A stretch of 35,495 bases of DNA from Alphaproteobacteria bacterium (lineage in GTDB: Bacteria > Pseudomonadota > Alphaproteobacteria > Micropepsales > Micropepsaceae): positions 3,973-39,467 of the forward strand of contig PKWC01000255.1 in NCBI GenBank assembly GCA_003131925.1, in the 5' to 3' direction. This document shows positions 8,192 through 17,305 of this stretch, piece by piece; within the stretch, counting starts at the first letter, position 1; each line of letters starts with the position of its first letter. The notes below the pieces were generated by a model. That model had not been told where the DNA came from. It saw only the letters and a program-made list of their open reading frames with translations, and did no database searches. Made by a program: the position numbers and the translations under genes.

Positions 8192-10378
8192 TCACTTCAT
8201 CGCGGTCTGATGCGTGACGGCGAGCTGATCGAAGAGGAAAGCCAGCTCATCTGTTTGCTCTGCGATGCGCTCGGAAAGAGAACTTCCGATGCCGTGACCG
8301 GAATTCGCGCTCGTGCGCAACAGGATCACGCGGCCCGACGATGTTGCCGACTGCAGCGCCGCAGCAAACTTGCGCGAGTGCATCGGATTGACGCGCCCGT
8401 CCGTCGCGCCGGTCAACATCAGCACCGCCGGATAGGCCGTGCCTTTGCTGACATGGTGATACGGTGAATAGGCGTAGAGCGCACGGAATTGATTGGCATC
8501 CTTCACCGTGCCGAATTCGGTGGTGTTGAACGAACCGTTGGGATCGAGCTCCACGCGCACCATGTCGTAGATGCCGACGGCCGAAACGACGGCGCGCGCG
8601 AGATCGGGGTGCTGGGTGATCGTCGCGCCCATCAGCAATCCGCCATTGGAGCCGCCCATCAGTGCGAGCCTGTCATGCGAGGTGTAGTGCTGCGCAACCA
8701 GATACGCGCCGGCAGCCGCGAAATCGTCGAAGACATTCTGCTTCTTCGTCAGCATTCCTTCCTGGTGCCACCGCTCGCCATATTCGGCGCCGCCGCGGAT
8801 GTTGGCGACGACATAGACTCCGCCCGCATCGAGCCAGAGACGCCTCATCGCGCCGAGGAACGCCGGTGTCATGCTGATGCCGTAGCCGCCATAACCGTAG
8901 AGAAGCATCGGGTTGGATCCGTTCTGCTTCGTACCCTTCTTCTCGATGATATTGAGCGGAATGCGCGTGCCGTCCTTTGACGTGGCGAATACGCGCTTCA
9001 CCTCGGCGTCCGCGAAGGAAACGGGCGACGTGACCCTCAATCCTGTTTCCGTGGTCTTGCCCGTCGCGGAATTCCAGCTCTCGAAATAGCGGGGCCGGAG
9101 ATAAGTCGAAACGTCGAACAGCACCTCGCCGGTTGCGAGCGGCTCGATTTCAGAATTGGCGGAAACTTGCGGCAGCGGCAGACTGCCTTCGGGCGTTCCG
9201 TCCAGCCCGAACATCCGCACATCGTTGGGACCGCCGACAATATCGCGCACGAAGAGTCGTGTCTGCGAAAGCGAAAGGTCCTGCACATGCTCCTCGGCCC
9301 CGCCGGAGAGAATGGCGATCTGGCTCTCGGGAACGATCACCTTTCCCTGTGCGAGCTTCGCGCTTCCGTACGGCGCCGCGAGCTTGACGATCTTTCCGTT
9401 CGGCGCGTTGGCGCGCGAGATACCGTAAAGCCCATCGTCGGGACCGATGGTGGCGTAGACAATGCGATCGGCATAATCGGCGACCTGAAGCGGCGGCTTG
9501 CCGTCGAGGAGCACATAGTGAGCCCATTCGCCGCCGTCTCCGCGTTGAACGGAAGCGAGAACAGCCGGCCGGTCATAGCGATTGTCGAGGAACACCTCGG
9601 AGACGCGCTCGAGACCGTCCTTCTGTTCGAGCACCAACGCGTCTGTGTTCCAGTCGCCGCCGAGGCGGTGGAGATAGACCTGCATGTTGAAATGCTGATC
9701 GGCGGCGGGCGCATCGGGCCCCGGATAGCGCGTGTACCAGAACGACTTGCCGTCCTGCGACCAGGCGAGGCTGCCGCCTGCCGTCGGGTATTGGACGCGT
9801 GGAATCGGCGCGCCGATTTCCTTTCCGCTCGCCACGTCGAAAATGTGCAGCGTGCCGTCCTCGCTGCCGTTCTTCGACAGCGACACCGCCGCACGAGTCC
9901 CATCGGGCGATGGGACGAACCAGTCAATTGCGGTCAGGCCCTTGGAGTCCATCGCATTGGGATCGAGCACGATTCTACGGCTCGACGGATCCGCCTTTGC
10001 ATTGAGCGCGACAAGCATGGGCTGCTGCCTGGCCGGATCGTTGTACATCGCGAAGACGGCGGTGCCTCTCGCGGTCAGTTCGGAATAGGCGGGCGAGGTC
10101 GCCGTGATGAGCTTTGTCAGCTTTGCCTTGATCCTGGCTTCGCTCGGCAGGGCGTCCAGATAGGCGCGCGTACGTACATTCTGCGCATCGCTCCACGACT
10201 TCACGCCAGGATCGGCAGGATTTTCCAGCCAGCGATAGGGATCGGCCACTTTCACGCCCTGGATCGTATCGATCGTCGAACCAGCCGGCGTTGAAGGCGG
10301 CGGCGGAACGAACGCGGCCATCGCCGCACCGGCGGCCAGACCAAAGGCGAGAATGCCGAAGCGGGCGAAAAGGGACAT
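8192..10378 (-). CDS. Secreted prolyl oligopeptidase (peptidase S9A)
   Basis: DPYRWLE N-terminus, LLYGYGGY, NIRGGAEYGERWH, catalytic GGSNGG (Ser), DGRV (Asp) and GHG (His). N-terminal signal peptide from ATG 10378. Confidence 0.93.
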   Translation of the reverse strand: MSLFARFGILAFGLAAGAAMAAFVPPPPSTPAGSTIDTIQGVKVADPYRWLENPADPGVKSWSDAQNVRTRAYLDALPSEARIKAKLTKLITATSPAYSELTARGTAVFAMYNDPARQQPMLVALNAKADPSSRRIVLDPNAMDSKGLTAIDWFVPSPDGTRAAVSLSKNGSEDGTLHIFDVASGKEIGAPIPRVQYPTAGGSLAWSQDGKSFWYTRYPGPDAPAADQHFNMQVYLHRLGGDWNTDALVLEQKDGLERVSEVFLDNRYDRPAVLASVQRGDGGEWAHYVLLDGKPPLQVADYADRIVYATIGPDDGLYGISRANAPNGKIVKLAAPYGSAKLAQGKVIVPESQIAILSGGAEEHVQDLSLSQTRLFVRDIVGGPNDVRMFGLDGTPEGSLPLPQVSANSEIEPLATGEVLFDVSTYLRPRYFESWNSATGKTTETGLRVTSPVSFADAEVKRVFATSKDGTRIPLNIIEKKGTKQNGSNPMLLYGYGGYGISMTPAFLGAMRRLWLDAGGVYVVANIRGGAEYGERWHQEGMLTKKQNVFDDFAAAGAYLVAQHYTSHDRLALMGGSNGGLLMGATITQHPDLARAVVSAVGIYDMVRVELDPNGSFNTTEFGTVKDANQFRALYAYSPYHHVSKGTAYPAVLMLTGATDGRVNPMHSRKFAAALQSATSSGRVILLRTSANSGHGIGSSLSERIAEQTDELAFLFDQLAVTHQTAMK

Positions 10379-10478
10379 GAGGGCTCTCCGGAAGGCCGGC
10401 AGACGCACCGGCGAGAACGAGCCGTTTTTACACGATTTCAGAAGAGCGTGTCATCCCCACGTCTGCCGTTACATTCTC

Positions 10479-12065
10479 TCAAGGATGAATTTTCTCAAGC
10501 GTCGCGCTGACATCGGCGTCGAAAAGGCCTTCGACGACGAAATTGTCTGGTAGCAACGCGATCCGGCCGAGACGCAGATCGTCATCGGCGACTTCGATCT
10601 TCACTCCGCCCGTATTCTTCGGATCTTTGATCGCCTCATCAACTTTTGAGCGAGCATCGCGGACGAGCAGCGACAGGTCGTATGAATAGGCTTTGCCGAT
10701 CGCCTGTGGCAGCCCGTTGCGGATCGCAGCGGAGAGAGCCCACAGGCGGCTGCCGATCTTGCGCGTCATCGCGAAATTGCGCAGCCGGATCAGGTGGCCA
10801 TCGTTTTCGACCGCGGGCATTGCCGTGAACCACACCGTACCGGTCTGGCCGTGAAGCTTGCCCAGCCCATCGACGCGGAACGTCGCGCTGATCGCAAGCC
10901 GGTTGGTGCTCGGAAAGAACTCCATCCCGGTCGGCGTGATCGCCTGAGCTCCGGACTTGACCGGTTTGCCGATGATGTTCGCAGATGCCGCAGCCGCAAG
11001 AAGGGGATAGGGAATCGCAATCGGCACGGCGAGAGAAAACTTTCCCGGCTGCGGCGGCAACGGAGCGTTCTCCGGAAGCTCGCCTGGACCCGCATCAGCT
11101 GGCTTGGTGGCCGACACGCTGGTCGCCGCTTCCAGCCGCGCGACGAGCTTGATCCCGTCATCTCCCACCTGCACGCCCGGAACCGAAAGCGATTTTGGCT
11201 CGACGCTCGCAAAGAAGGTTGGCGAGTTGCCGAGCGTGATCGGAAGCGACCAGGTTTTCCAGACCTGTTTCAGCTGGTCGCGGATCTTGTCGCAGGGGAT
11301 TTTGCCATTGATCTCGTCGACCTGGCTCTGAAGGGAACGGTTGATCTGCTCCGTCATCATGGCGCCGGCGGGAAATTTCCACGGTCCGATGCATGCCTTG
11401 AGCCCGCTGCCGGCGTCGAGGCAGCTCCGCCCGATGATGTCGATATCGGGCGGCGTGCCCCAGGCGAAATGCGTGACCGCCTGTTCGAGCTTCGGGCAGT
11501 ACGATTTGTCGAGCCGCACCATCCCCGAAATCGATACGACGAAGGTCCCGCTGAAATTCTTGTTGTTGATTTGTACGGCCTTGGCGAGACCTCCGGCGAA
11601 ACCGCCATTGCCGTCGAACTTGACGGGCACAGCGATGGCGATTCCCTGTCCGCCCCGCTTGACGGTGATGTTGCCGTTGCGCACGGCGTTCACGTGCCAA
11701 TCGAAATCCGCGCAGCCCTTGAACAAGGTGACATTTACAGACGGCGCAGACGAAGAAGACGGAGCCGAAGAGCCGAATCCGAGCTGACTGCAGCCAATCC
11801 TCGTGTGTCCCGATCGTGGTCCCGAAAAACGATCAGCCGCGGCATTCGCGGCATCGGCCAGCACATCGTAAGTGACGGTGAGGCTGGGCTGGAGGGTGCT
11901 CGTGCGTGCCTGGAATTCGGTCGTCGCGGCGCTGCGGGGCGGTTTCTCAGACAGAAGCGGGGCGGTTTCGGCGGCGGCGTGCGAAACGAGAGCCGCCAGA
12001 ACAATCATGGCAGGCGTCGTTGCAGCGGTCTTTGAAATTCGGAGTCCATTCCCCAACCTGGCCAT
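10479..12065 (-). CDS. DUF4403-like exported protein of unknown function
   Basis: 528-aa ORF with RBS GAGAGG, hydrophobic N-terminal segment and beta-rich two-part body (SLTVTYDVLADAANA; FSLAVPIAIPYPLLAAAAS). Family recognised by pattern only. Confidence 0.6.
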   Translation of the reverse strand: MARLGNGLRISKTAATTPAMIVLAALVSHAAAETAPLLSEKPPRSAATTEFQARTSTLQPSLTVTYDVLADAANAAADRFSGPRSGHTRIGCSQLGFGSSAPSSSSAPSVNVTLFKGCADFDWHVNAVRNGNITVKRGGQGIAIAVPVKFDGNGGFAGGLAKAVQINNKNFSGTFVVSISGMVRLDKSYCPKLEQAVTHFAWGTPPDIDIIGRSCLDAGSGLKACIGPWKFPAGAMMTEQINRSLQSQVDEINGKIPCDKIRDQLKQVWKTWSLPITLGNSPTFFASVEPKSLSVPGVQVGDDGIKLVARLEAATSVSATKPADAGPGELPENAPLPPQPGKFSLAVPIAIPYPLLAAAASANIIGKPVKSGAQAITPTGMEFFPSTNRLAISATFRVDGLGKLHGQTGTVWFTAMPAVENDGHLIRLRNFAMTRKIGSRLWALSAAIRNGLPQAIGKAYSYDLSLLVRDARSKVDEAIKDPKNTGGVKIEVADDDLRLGRIALLPDNFVVEGLFDADVSATLEKIHP

Positions 12066-12070
12066 AGTCT

Positions 12071-12085
12071 GTTCCCTCTCGGTTC
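12071..12085. promoter_or_regulatory. Candidate alphaproteobacterial LexA (SOS) box
   Basis: Exact GTTC-N7-GTTC (GTTCcctctcgGTTC) in the divergent intergenic region between the DUF4403-like gene and the exonuclease-ligase operon. Confidence 0.45.
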
Positions 12086-12243
12086 CGGAATATTCGGAGC
12101 GTGCGTGCCGACACCGCCCTTAACGTTTGAGAAGCCGTTTGCGTTTGCGAGTGCCTGATTTGCATCCATCTGCGCCACCGCCAGCCTTGCTCGCCGTTCG
12201 ACCGCTTGCTTCGCGCAAGCGCGAATGAGCACGTTTAAGAGCG

Positions 12244-13254
12244 ATGACCAGACCCGAAGAGCTGCTTCGCCCGACGCCGAACGGGCTCCATTGCCCGCCG
12301 GGCGATTTCACCATTGATCCGGTTCGTCCGGTGCCGCGCGCGGTAATCACGCACGGTCACGGCGATCACGCGCGGCCGGGCCATGGCGCGGTGCTGGCGA
12401 CCCGCGAGACGCTCGCCATCATGGCGGCGCGCTACGGAGAAGGGTTCGCGGAAACCGCACAGCCCGTCCGCTACGGCGAGACCAGTTCGCACAATGGCGT
12501 GGAGGTAACCCTGGTGCCCGCCGGGCACGTGCTCGGCTCGGCGCAGATCGTGCTGCGCTGGAAAGGACTCACCGCCGTCGTTTCGGGCGATTACAAACGC
12601 CGCCGCGACCCGACCTGTGCAGCGTTCGAGCCGGTGCCCTGCGACGTCTTTGTGTCCGAGGCGACATTCGGCCTGCCCGTCTTCCACCATCCCGACGACG
12701 CGGGCGAGATCGCCAAGCTGCTCAAATCCGTCGCGCAGTTTCCCGGGCGCGCCCATCTCGTCGGCGCCTACGCGCTCGGCAAGGCGCAGCGCCTGATCTG
12801 TCTGCTGCGCGAAGCAGGATACCAGAAAACAATATTTGTTCACGGCGCGCTTGCGACACTGAACGCGCTCTATGAAGCACATGGCGTCAGCCTGGGTCCG
12901 CTCGCGCCTGCCACCACCGAAACGCGCGATGCGTTTGCGGGCGAGATTGTTCTTGCTCCACCCGACGCACTTGCCGATCGTTGGTCGCGCCGCTTCGCCG
13001 ATCCGCTGCCTGTCTTTGCCTCAGGCTGGATGCGCGTGCGGGCGCGCGCGCGGCAGCGACAGGTGGAATTGCCGCTGGTGATTTCCGATCACGCCGATTG
13101 GGACGAGTTGACGCAGACATTCCGCGAGCTTCACCCCGAACAGGTGTGGCTCACCCATGGCGAGGACCAGGCACTGCTGCGCTGGGCTTCACTGAACGGC
13201 ATCACGGCGCAGACGCTGTCGCTCGTGGGTTACGGCGAAGAGGAAGGCGGGTAG
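12244..13254 (+). CDS. Ligase-associated DNA damage response exonuclease (metallo-beta-lactamase/beta-CASP fold)
   Basis: THGHGDH, PAGHVLGSAQ, SGDYKR, FVSEATFGLPVF, GAYALGKAQR and SDHAD motifs. Its stop abuts the ligase start. Confidence 0.93.
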   Translation: MTRPEELLRPTPNGLHCPPGDFTIDPVRPVPRAVITHGHGDHARPGHGAVLATRETLAIMAARYGEGFAETAQPVRYGETSSHNGVEVTLVPAGHVLGSAQIVLRWKGLTAVVSGDYKRRRDPTCAAFEPVPCDVFVSEATFGLPVFHHPDDAGEIAKLLKSVAQFPGRAHLVGAYALGKAQRLICLLREAGYQKTIFVHGALATLNALYEAHGVSLGPLAPATTETRDAFAGEIVLAPPDALADRWSRRFADPLPVFASGWMRVRARARQRQVELPLVISDHADWDELTQTFRELHPEQVWLTHGEDQALLRWASLNGITAQTLSLVGYGEEEGG

Positions 13255-14883
13255 GTGCGCGCCTTCTCACGGCTGCTCGACCGGCTCGCCTTCACCCCTG
13301 CACGCAACGCGAAACTGACGCTGCTGCGCGACTATCTGCGCCAGTCGCCCGACCCGGAGCGCGGCTGGGCCCTCGCTGCGCTCACCGGCGCGCTCGGCTT
13401 CGACGTGGCGAAGCCTGCCGCCATCCGTAAAGCGATCGAATCGCGGATGGATGCGCAATTGTTTGCACTCTCCTATGATTACGTCGGCGATCTCGCGGAA
13501 ACAGTAGCGCTCGTCTGGCCGAAGAAGACCGGGACGAATGCTCAAGCGGATCGGGCGGAACCCCAACTCTCCGAAGTCGTCGACACGTTGCAAAGCGCGT
13601 TGCGTCACGACGTGCAACGCCTGCTCGAGGACTGGCTGGACGCACTCGACGCGGACGGGCGATGGGCGTTGCTCAAGCTTTTGACCGGCGGGTTGCGGGT
13701 CGGCGTGTCCGCGCGGCTCGCAAAGCAGGCGCTTGCGGCACTTGGCAATGTAGATGTCGCCGAAATCGAGGAAATCTGGCACGGCCAGCACCCGCCCTAT
13801 GAAGACCTCTTCGCCTGGCTCGATGGGCGCAGCGGGAAACCCACCCGCGCAGCGCCTGGCCGCTTCCGGCCGGTGATGCTCGCGCAGGCGCTGGACGAAA
13901 CGGCCGATCTCGCGAAATACGACGCGCGTGATTTCGCCGCCGAGTGGAAATGGGACGGCATCCGCATCCAGGCGGTGAGCGAAGGGGGCGTGAAGCGCCT
14001 CTTCAGCCGCACCGGCGACGAGATCAGCCACTCCTTTCCCGATGTGGTCGCAACGCTCCGCTTCGAAGGCGTGATCGACGGCGAATTGCTGGTCGTTCGC
14101 AACGGCGCCATTGCGCCCTTCGCCGACCTGCAGCAGCGCCTCAACCGCAAGACGCCGGACGCGAAAGCGATCGCAAAGTTTCCAGCCGGCATCCGCGCCT
14201 ATGATCTTCTGCTCGCTGGCGAAACGGATCTGCGCACCTTGCCCTTCCGCGAGCGACGGGCGCGGCTCGAATCGTTTGTCGCCCGCGCGAAGGTGCCGGG
14301 ACTCGGTCTCTCGCCTCTCATCCCCTTTGATAGCTGGCCCGCGCTGGCGGCATTGCGCGCAAACCCACGCGCGGCCGATGCGCGTCTCGCAGAAGGTTTG
14401 ATGTTGAAGCGCTGGGATTCGATGTACGAAGCTGGGCGCCCAAAAGGACCGTGGTTCAAATGGAAGCGCGATCCGCATCTGATCGACGCCGTGGTCATGT
14501 ACGCGCAGCGTGGCCACGGCAAGCGCTCGAGCTACTATTCGGATTACACGTTCGGTGTCTGGCGTGAGGATGCGAGCGGCGAGCGGACGCTGACGCCCGT
14601 CGGCAAGGCCTATTTCGGTTTCACCGACGAGGAGCTAAAGGCGCTGGATAAATTCGTGCGCGACAACACGACCGAACGGTTCGGTCCGGTGCGCGCGGTG
14701 CGCGCGGACAGGGATTTCGGCCTCGTGCTCGAGATCGCCTTCGAGGGTTTGCAGCGCTCGACCCGCCACAAATCTGGCGTCGCCATGCGCTTCCCGCGCA
14801 TCAGCCGCATCCGCTGGGACAAGCCGGCGCGGGAAGCCGATGAACTTGCGACGCTTGAGCGCATGCTGGACGCGCGCAGTTAA
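13255..14883 (+). CDS. ATP-dependent DNA ligase (ligase-associated DNA damage response type)
   Basis: Nucleotidyltransferase motifs EWKWDGIR, IDGELL, AYDLL, EGLMLK and WFKWK; OB domain with RFPRISRIRWDK. GTG start directly after the exonuclease stop. Confidence 0.93.
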   Translation: MRAFSRLLDRLAFTPARNAKLTLLRDYLRQSPDPERGWALAALTGALGFDVAKPAAIRKAIESRMDAQLFALSYDYVGDLAETVALVWPKKTGTNAQADRAEPQLSEVVDTLQSALRHDVQRLLEDWLDALDADGRWALLKLLTGGLRVGVSARLAKQALAALGNVDVAEIEEIWHGQHPPYEDLFAWLDGRSGKPTRAAPGRFRPVMLAQALDETADLAKYDARDFAAEWKWDGIRIQAVSEGGVKRLFSRTGDEISHSFPDVVATLRFEGVIDGELLVVRNGAIAPFADLQQRLNRKTPDAKAIAKFPAGIRAYDLLLAGETDLRTLPFRERRARLESFVARAKVPGLGLSPLIPFDSWPALAALRANPRAADARLAEGLMLKRWDSMYEAGRPKGPWFKWKRDPHLIDAVVMYAQRGHGKRSSYYSDYTFGVWREDASGERTLTPVGKAYFGFTDEELKALDKFVRDNTTERFGPVRAVRADRDFGLVLEIAFEGLQRSTRHKSGVAMRFPRISRIRWDKPAREADELATLERMLDARS

Positions 14884-14899
14884 GCGTATGCGATCAATC

Positions 14900-14917
14900 G
14901 CAGTTTGCGAAAACTGC
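14900..14917. terminator. Possible terminator hairpin between convergent genes
   Basis: GCAGTTT-GCGA-AAACTGC: 7-bp stem with a GNRA loop between the ligase stop and the lipoprotein stop. No clear U tract. Confidence 0.25.
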
Positions 14918-14925
14918 CGCCGCCG

Positions 14926-15198
14926 TTAGAGATGCAATTCGACGACGGTGACGGCATCGGCCGTCGGGTGGTAAGGCGAGTTCACAGCCGGCGTTGGCTC
15001 GTACATCTGCTGGTTTTGCAGATATTGCGTGGACACCTGTTCGCGTTCTTCGGCGAGCTGGCTGCGGCAACCGGAGTAAGCTTCCGTTCCGCGATCCGCG
15101 CCGCCCGAACGGCAAACTGCATCGTCATTTGCAGCCATGCGGGACGCGCATCCCGGCAACAGAAGAAGCAACGTTAACGCAAGCAGTCCCGATCTCAT
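14926..15198 (-). CDS. Small hypothetical lipoprotein
   Basis: GAGGG RBS 7 nt before ATG 15198; MRSGLLALTLLLLLPG/C lipobox; then DDAVC...YSGCR two-Cys motif. Confidence 0.7.
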   Translation of the reverse strand: MRSGLLALTLLLLLPGCASRMAANDDAVCRSGGADRGTEAYSGCRSQLAEEREQVSTQYLQNQQMYEPTPAVNSPYHPTADAVTVVELHL

Positions 15199-15317
15199 GT
15201 CCATGCCCTCGAATCGGTGGCCACGACCCACGTCGCGCCATTCCGCTTTCCGTATAGAGCCTCGGCGTTAGCGGCAGGCTAACGGGTTTCCGTGCCTTTT
15301 ATTCAGCACACGTTTTG

Positions 15318-16337
15318 TCAGGCAGCGGGTGGATCGGAATCCATCGCGAGCAGGGCGAAGCTCGCCAGCCAGTGCTCGCCCATATAGTCGCCTGTCACAT
15401 GCGGAAGCGCGCTGTCCAGATGCCGGTCAATCGCATATTTAATGCGCCCGCGCGCGTCCTGATCAGCGACCGCGTCCACGATCAGGTTCCAGCACCAGGC
15501 GCGCGACAGGTTGAGCCCGTCGAGATGCGCGATCTTGCCATCGCTGCGGTCGCTGACGAAAGCCGGCGAAAACAGCGGCGCGGGTTCGCCCTGCGCGAGG
15601 CGTGGAAGGAATCGCGTGAACCACCGCGCGAAACCGTCGCGCCCAAGAACTTTGCGCATGCAAGCGGCTTCGACAAGCGTCGAGGAAAGTAAGTCGTCGC
15701 CGCAGGGCTCCCAGGCCTGACAATCCGTATCGCTCGCGTACCACTGCATTGCCTTCTCCGTACAGAGAGTGGCGAATGACGGGTTGTCGATGGTGCGCGC
15801 GTAGTCGAGTGCGAGAAGAAGCGCGAATGCCGTGTTGGCGTGCGTGCCTGCGCGCACGGGATAGGTGGCAAGCGGAAGCCACGCTTCGAACCTGCGTTCG
15901 AACGCCCGCGCGAGCGGCGCGACTTCGCGGCTCCAGCGCCTGCCTTCTTCACTTCGGTGGCGTGCAACCTCACCGGCCAGCATCAGCGCCCACGCCCAGC
16001 CATAAGGCCGTTCGAATCCGCGGCTTTCGGCGCGGGCGAGATAGGCAATCTCGCCCGCAATGTTCTGCGATGTGAGCTGCACATCGAAAAGCGCACGGAT
16101 GCGGTTGCGCTCTGGCAGTTGCGAAAAGCGCCTGTAGAGCCGCGCAAGGAGCCAGGTGCCGTGCACGCAGGAATGCCAGTCGAAGCTGCCAAAGAATACC
16201 GGATGCAGCGCGCGCGGCCTCTTCACATCGAGGGGGCCGCCCATCACATGGTCGAGTTTGTTCGGCCATTCGCGTCCGACATGGCCGAGAGCGGCCTGCG
16301 CGAAACGCGAAGCGATGTCCTTCGTCAATGATCTCAT
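15318..16337 (-). CDS. DUF2891 family protein
   Basis: REWPNKLDH, HPVFFGSFDWHSCVHG, FERPYGWAW, HLDGLNLSRAW, YMGEHWLASFA. ATG 16337 overlaps the upstream stop (ATGA). Confidence 0.88.
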   Translation of the reverse strand: MRSLTKDIASRFAQAALGHVGREWPNKLDHVMGGPLDVKRPRALHPVFFGSFDWHSCVHGTWLLARLYRRFSQLPERNRIRALFDVQLTSQNIAGEIAYLARAESRGFERPYGWAWALMLAGEVARHRSEEGRRWSREVAPLARAFERRFEAWLPLATYPVRAGTHANTAFALLLALDYARTIDNPSFATLCTEKAMQWYASDTDCQAWEPCGDDLLSSTLVEAACMRKVLGRDGFARWFTRFLPRLAQGEPAPLFSPAFVSDRSDGKIAHLDGLNLSRAWCWNLIVDAVADQDARGRIKYAIDRHLDSALPHVTGDYMGEHWLASFALLAMDSDPPAA

Positions 16338-17305
16338 GCGTGGTGCGCGCCGAAACGGAAGACGAGCACATACATCAGGATGGTGTTGGCAGCCAAAAGC
16401 AGAATCGCGGTGGGCAGCTGCGCTTTTATGACCGCGTATCGGTCGGGCAGTTCGAGGAGCGCGGCGGGCACGATATTGAAATTGGCGGCCATGGGCGTAG
16501 TCAGCGTTCCACAAAAACCGGACAGCATGCCGATTGCGCCCATGATTGCCGGGTCGCCGCCGAATTTGTGGACAATCAGCGGCAGACCGATTGCCGCGGT
16601 CATCACCGGAAACGCAGCGAACGCATTGCCCATGATCGCAGTGAAGACTCCCATGCCGATGCAATAAGCGGCGATGGCGGTAAAGGCGTGGTCGAACGGG
16701 ATGTAATGGGCGAACACCAGTCCCACGGCGCGGCCCACGCCCGCCAGCGCGAACACCGCGCCGAGAGAGGCCAGCATCTGCGGCAGAACTGCGGCCCAGC
16801 CGATCGTGTCCATCAGGCGCCTGCCCTCGTCGAGCGGCGCCAGCAGTCGCGGCCGCAGCCAGAGAAGCGCGACAATCCAGGCGATCGCGACGCCGAGCGC
16901 GAGCGAGATCAACGTCGCCTGCTTCGCGTCGATGAATGGCATGCCGCCCGGCGCCACATTCTTCAGCGCCACCGTTCCAAGGAGTGCCGTTGCGGGAATG
17001 ATGAGCGCCGGAACGAACAGCGCGTTGCCGTATTCCGTGGCGCTCGCGCGGCGATCGGCTTCGCTTGTTGTTCGCTCGCCACCTTTGCCAAGAGCATGGA
17101 AACCGCCGAGAAGCACCAGCGCCAGGGCGAGCGCGCCATTTGCCGAGTCCGGAAGATGCGAGCCGAGGAGAAAACTCGTGGAGAACAGCCCCCAGAATGC
17201 GGCGGTTCCAAACCTCCTGGGATTGCTGCGGTCGCGCGCGCTTTGCACCGCAAAGCCCGCGAAAACAAACCCCGCGAACAGATAAACCTCTTCCAGGCCG
17301 ATCAC
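16334..17305 (-). CDS. DUF979 family membrane protein (putative 5-oxoproline transporter subunit)
   Basis: Polytopic hydrophobic protein with LPQMLASLGAVF, IMGNAFAAFPV and GFCGTLTTPMAANFNIVPAALLEL. GTG 17305 overlaps the upstream stop (GTGA). Confidence 0.88.
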   Translation of the reverse strand: MIGLEEVYLFAGFVFAGFAVQSARDRSNPRRFGTAAFWGLFSTSFLLGSHLPDSANGALALALVLLGGFHALGKGGERTTSEADRRASATEYGNALFVPALIIPATALLGTVALKNVAPGGMPFIDAKQATLISLALGVAIAWIVALLWLRPRLLAPLDEGRRLMDTIGWAAVLPQMLASLGAVFALAGVGRAVGLVFAHYIPFDHAFTAIAAYCIGMGVFTAIMGNAFAAFPVMTAAIGLPLIVHKFGGDPAIMGAIGMLSGFCGTLTTPMAANFNIVPAALLELPDRYAVIKAQLPTAILLLAANTILMYVLVFRFGAHHA

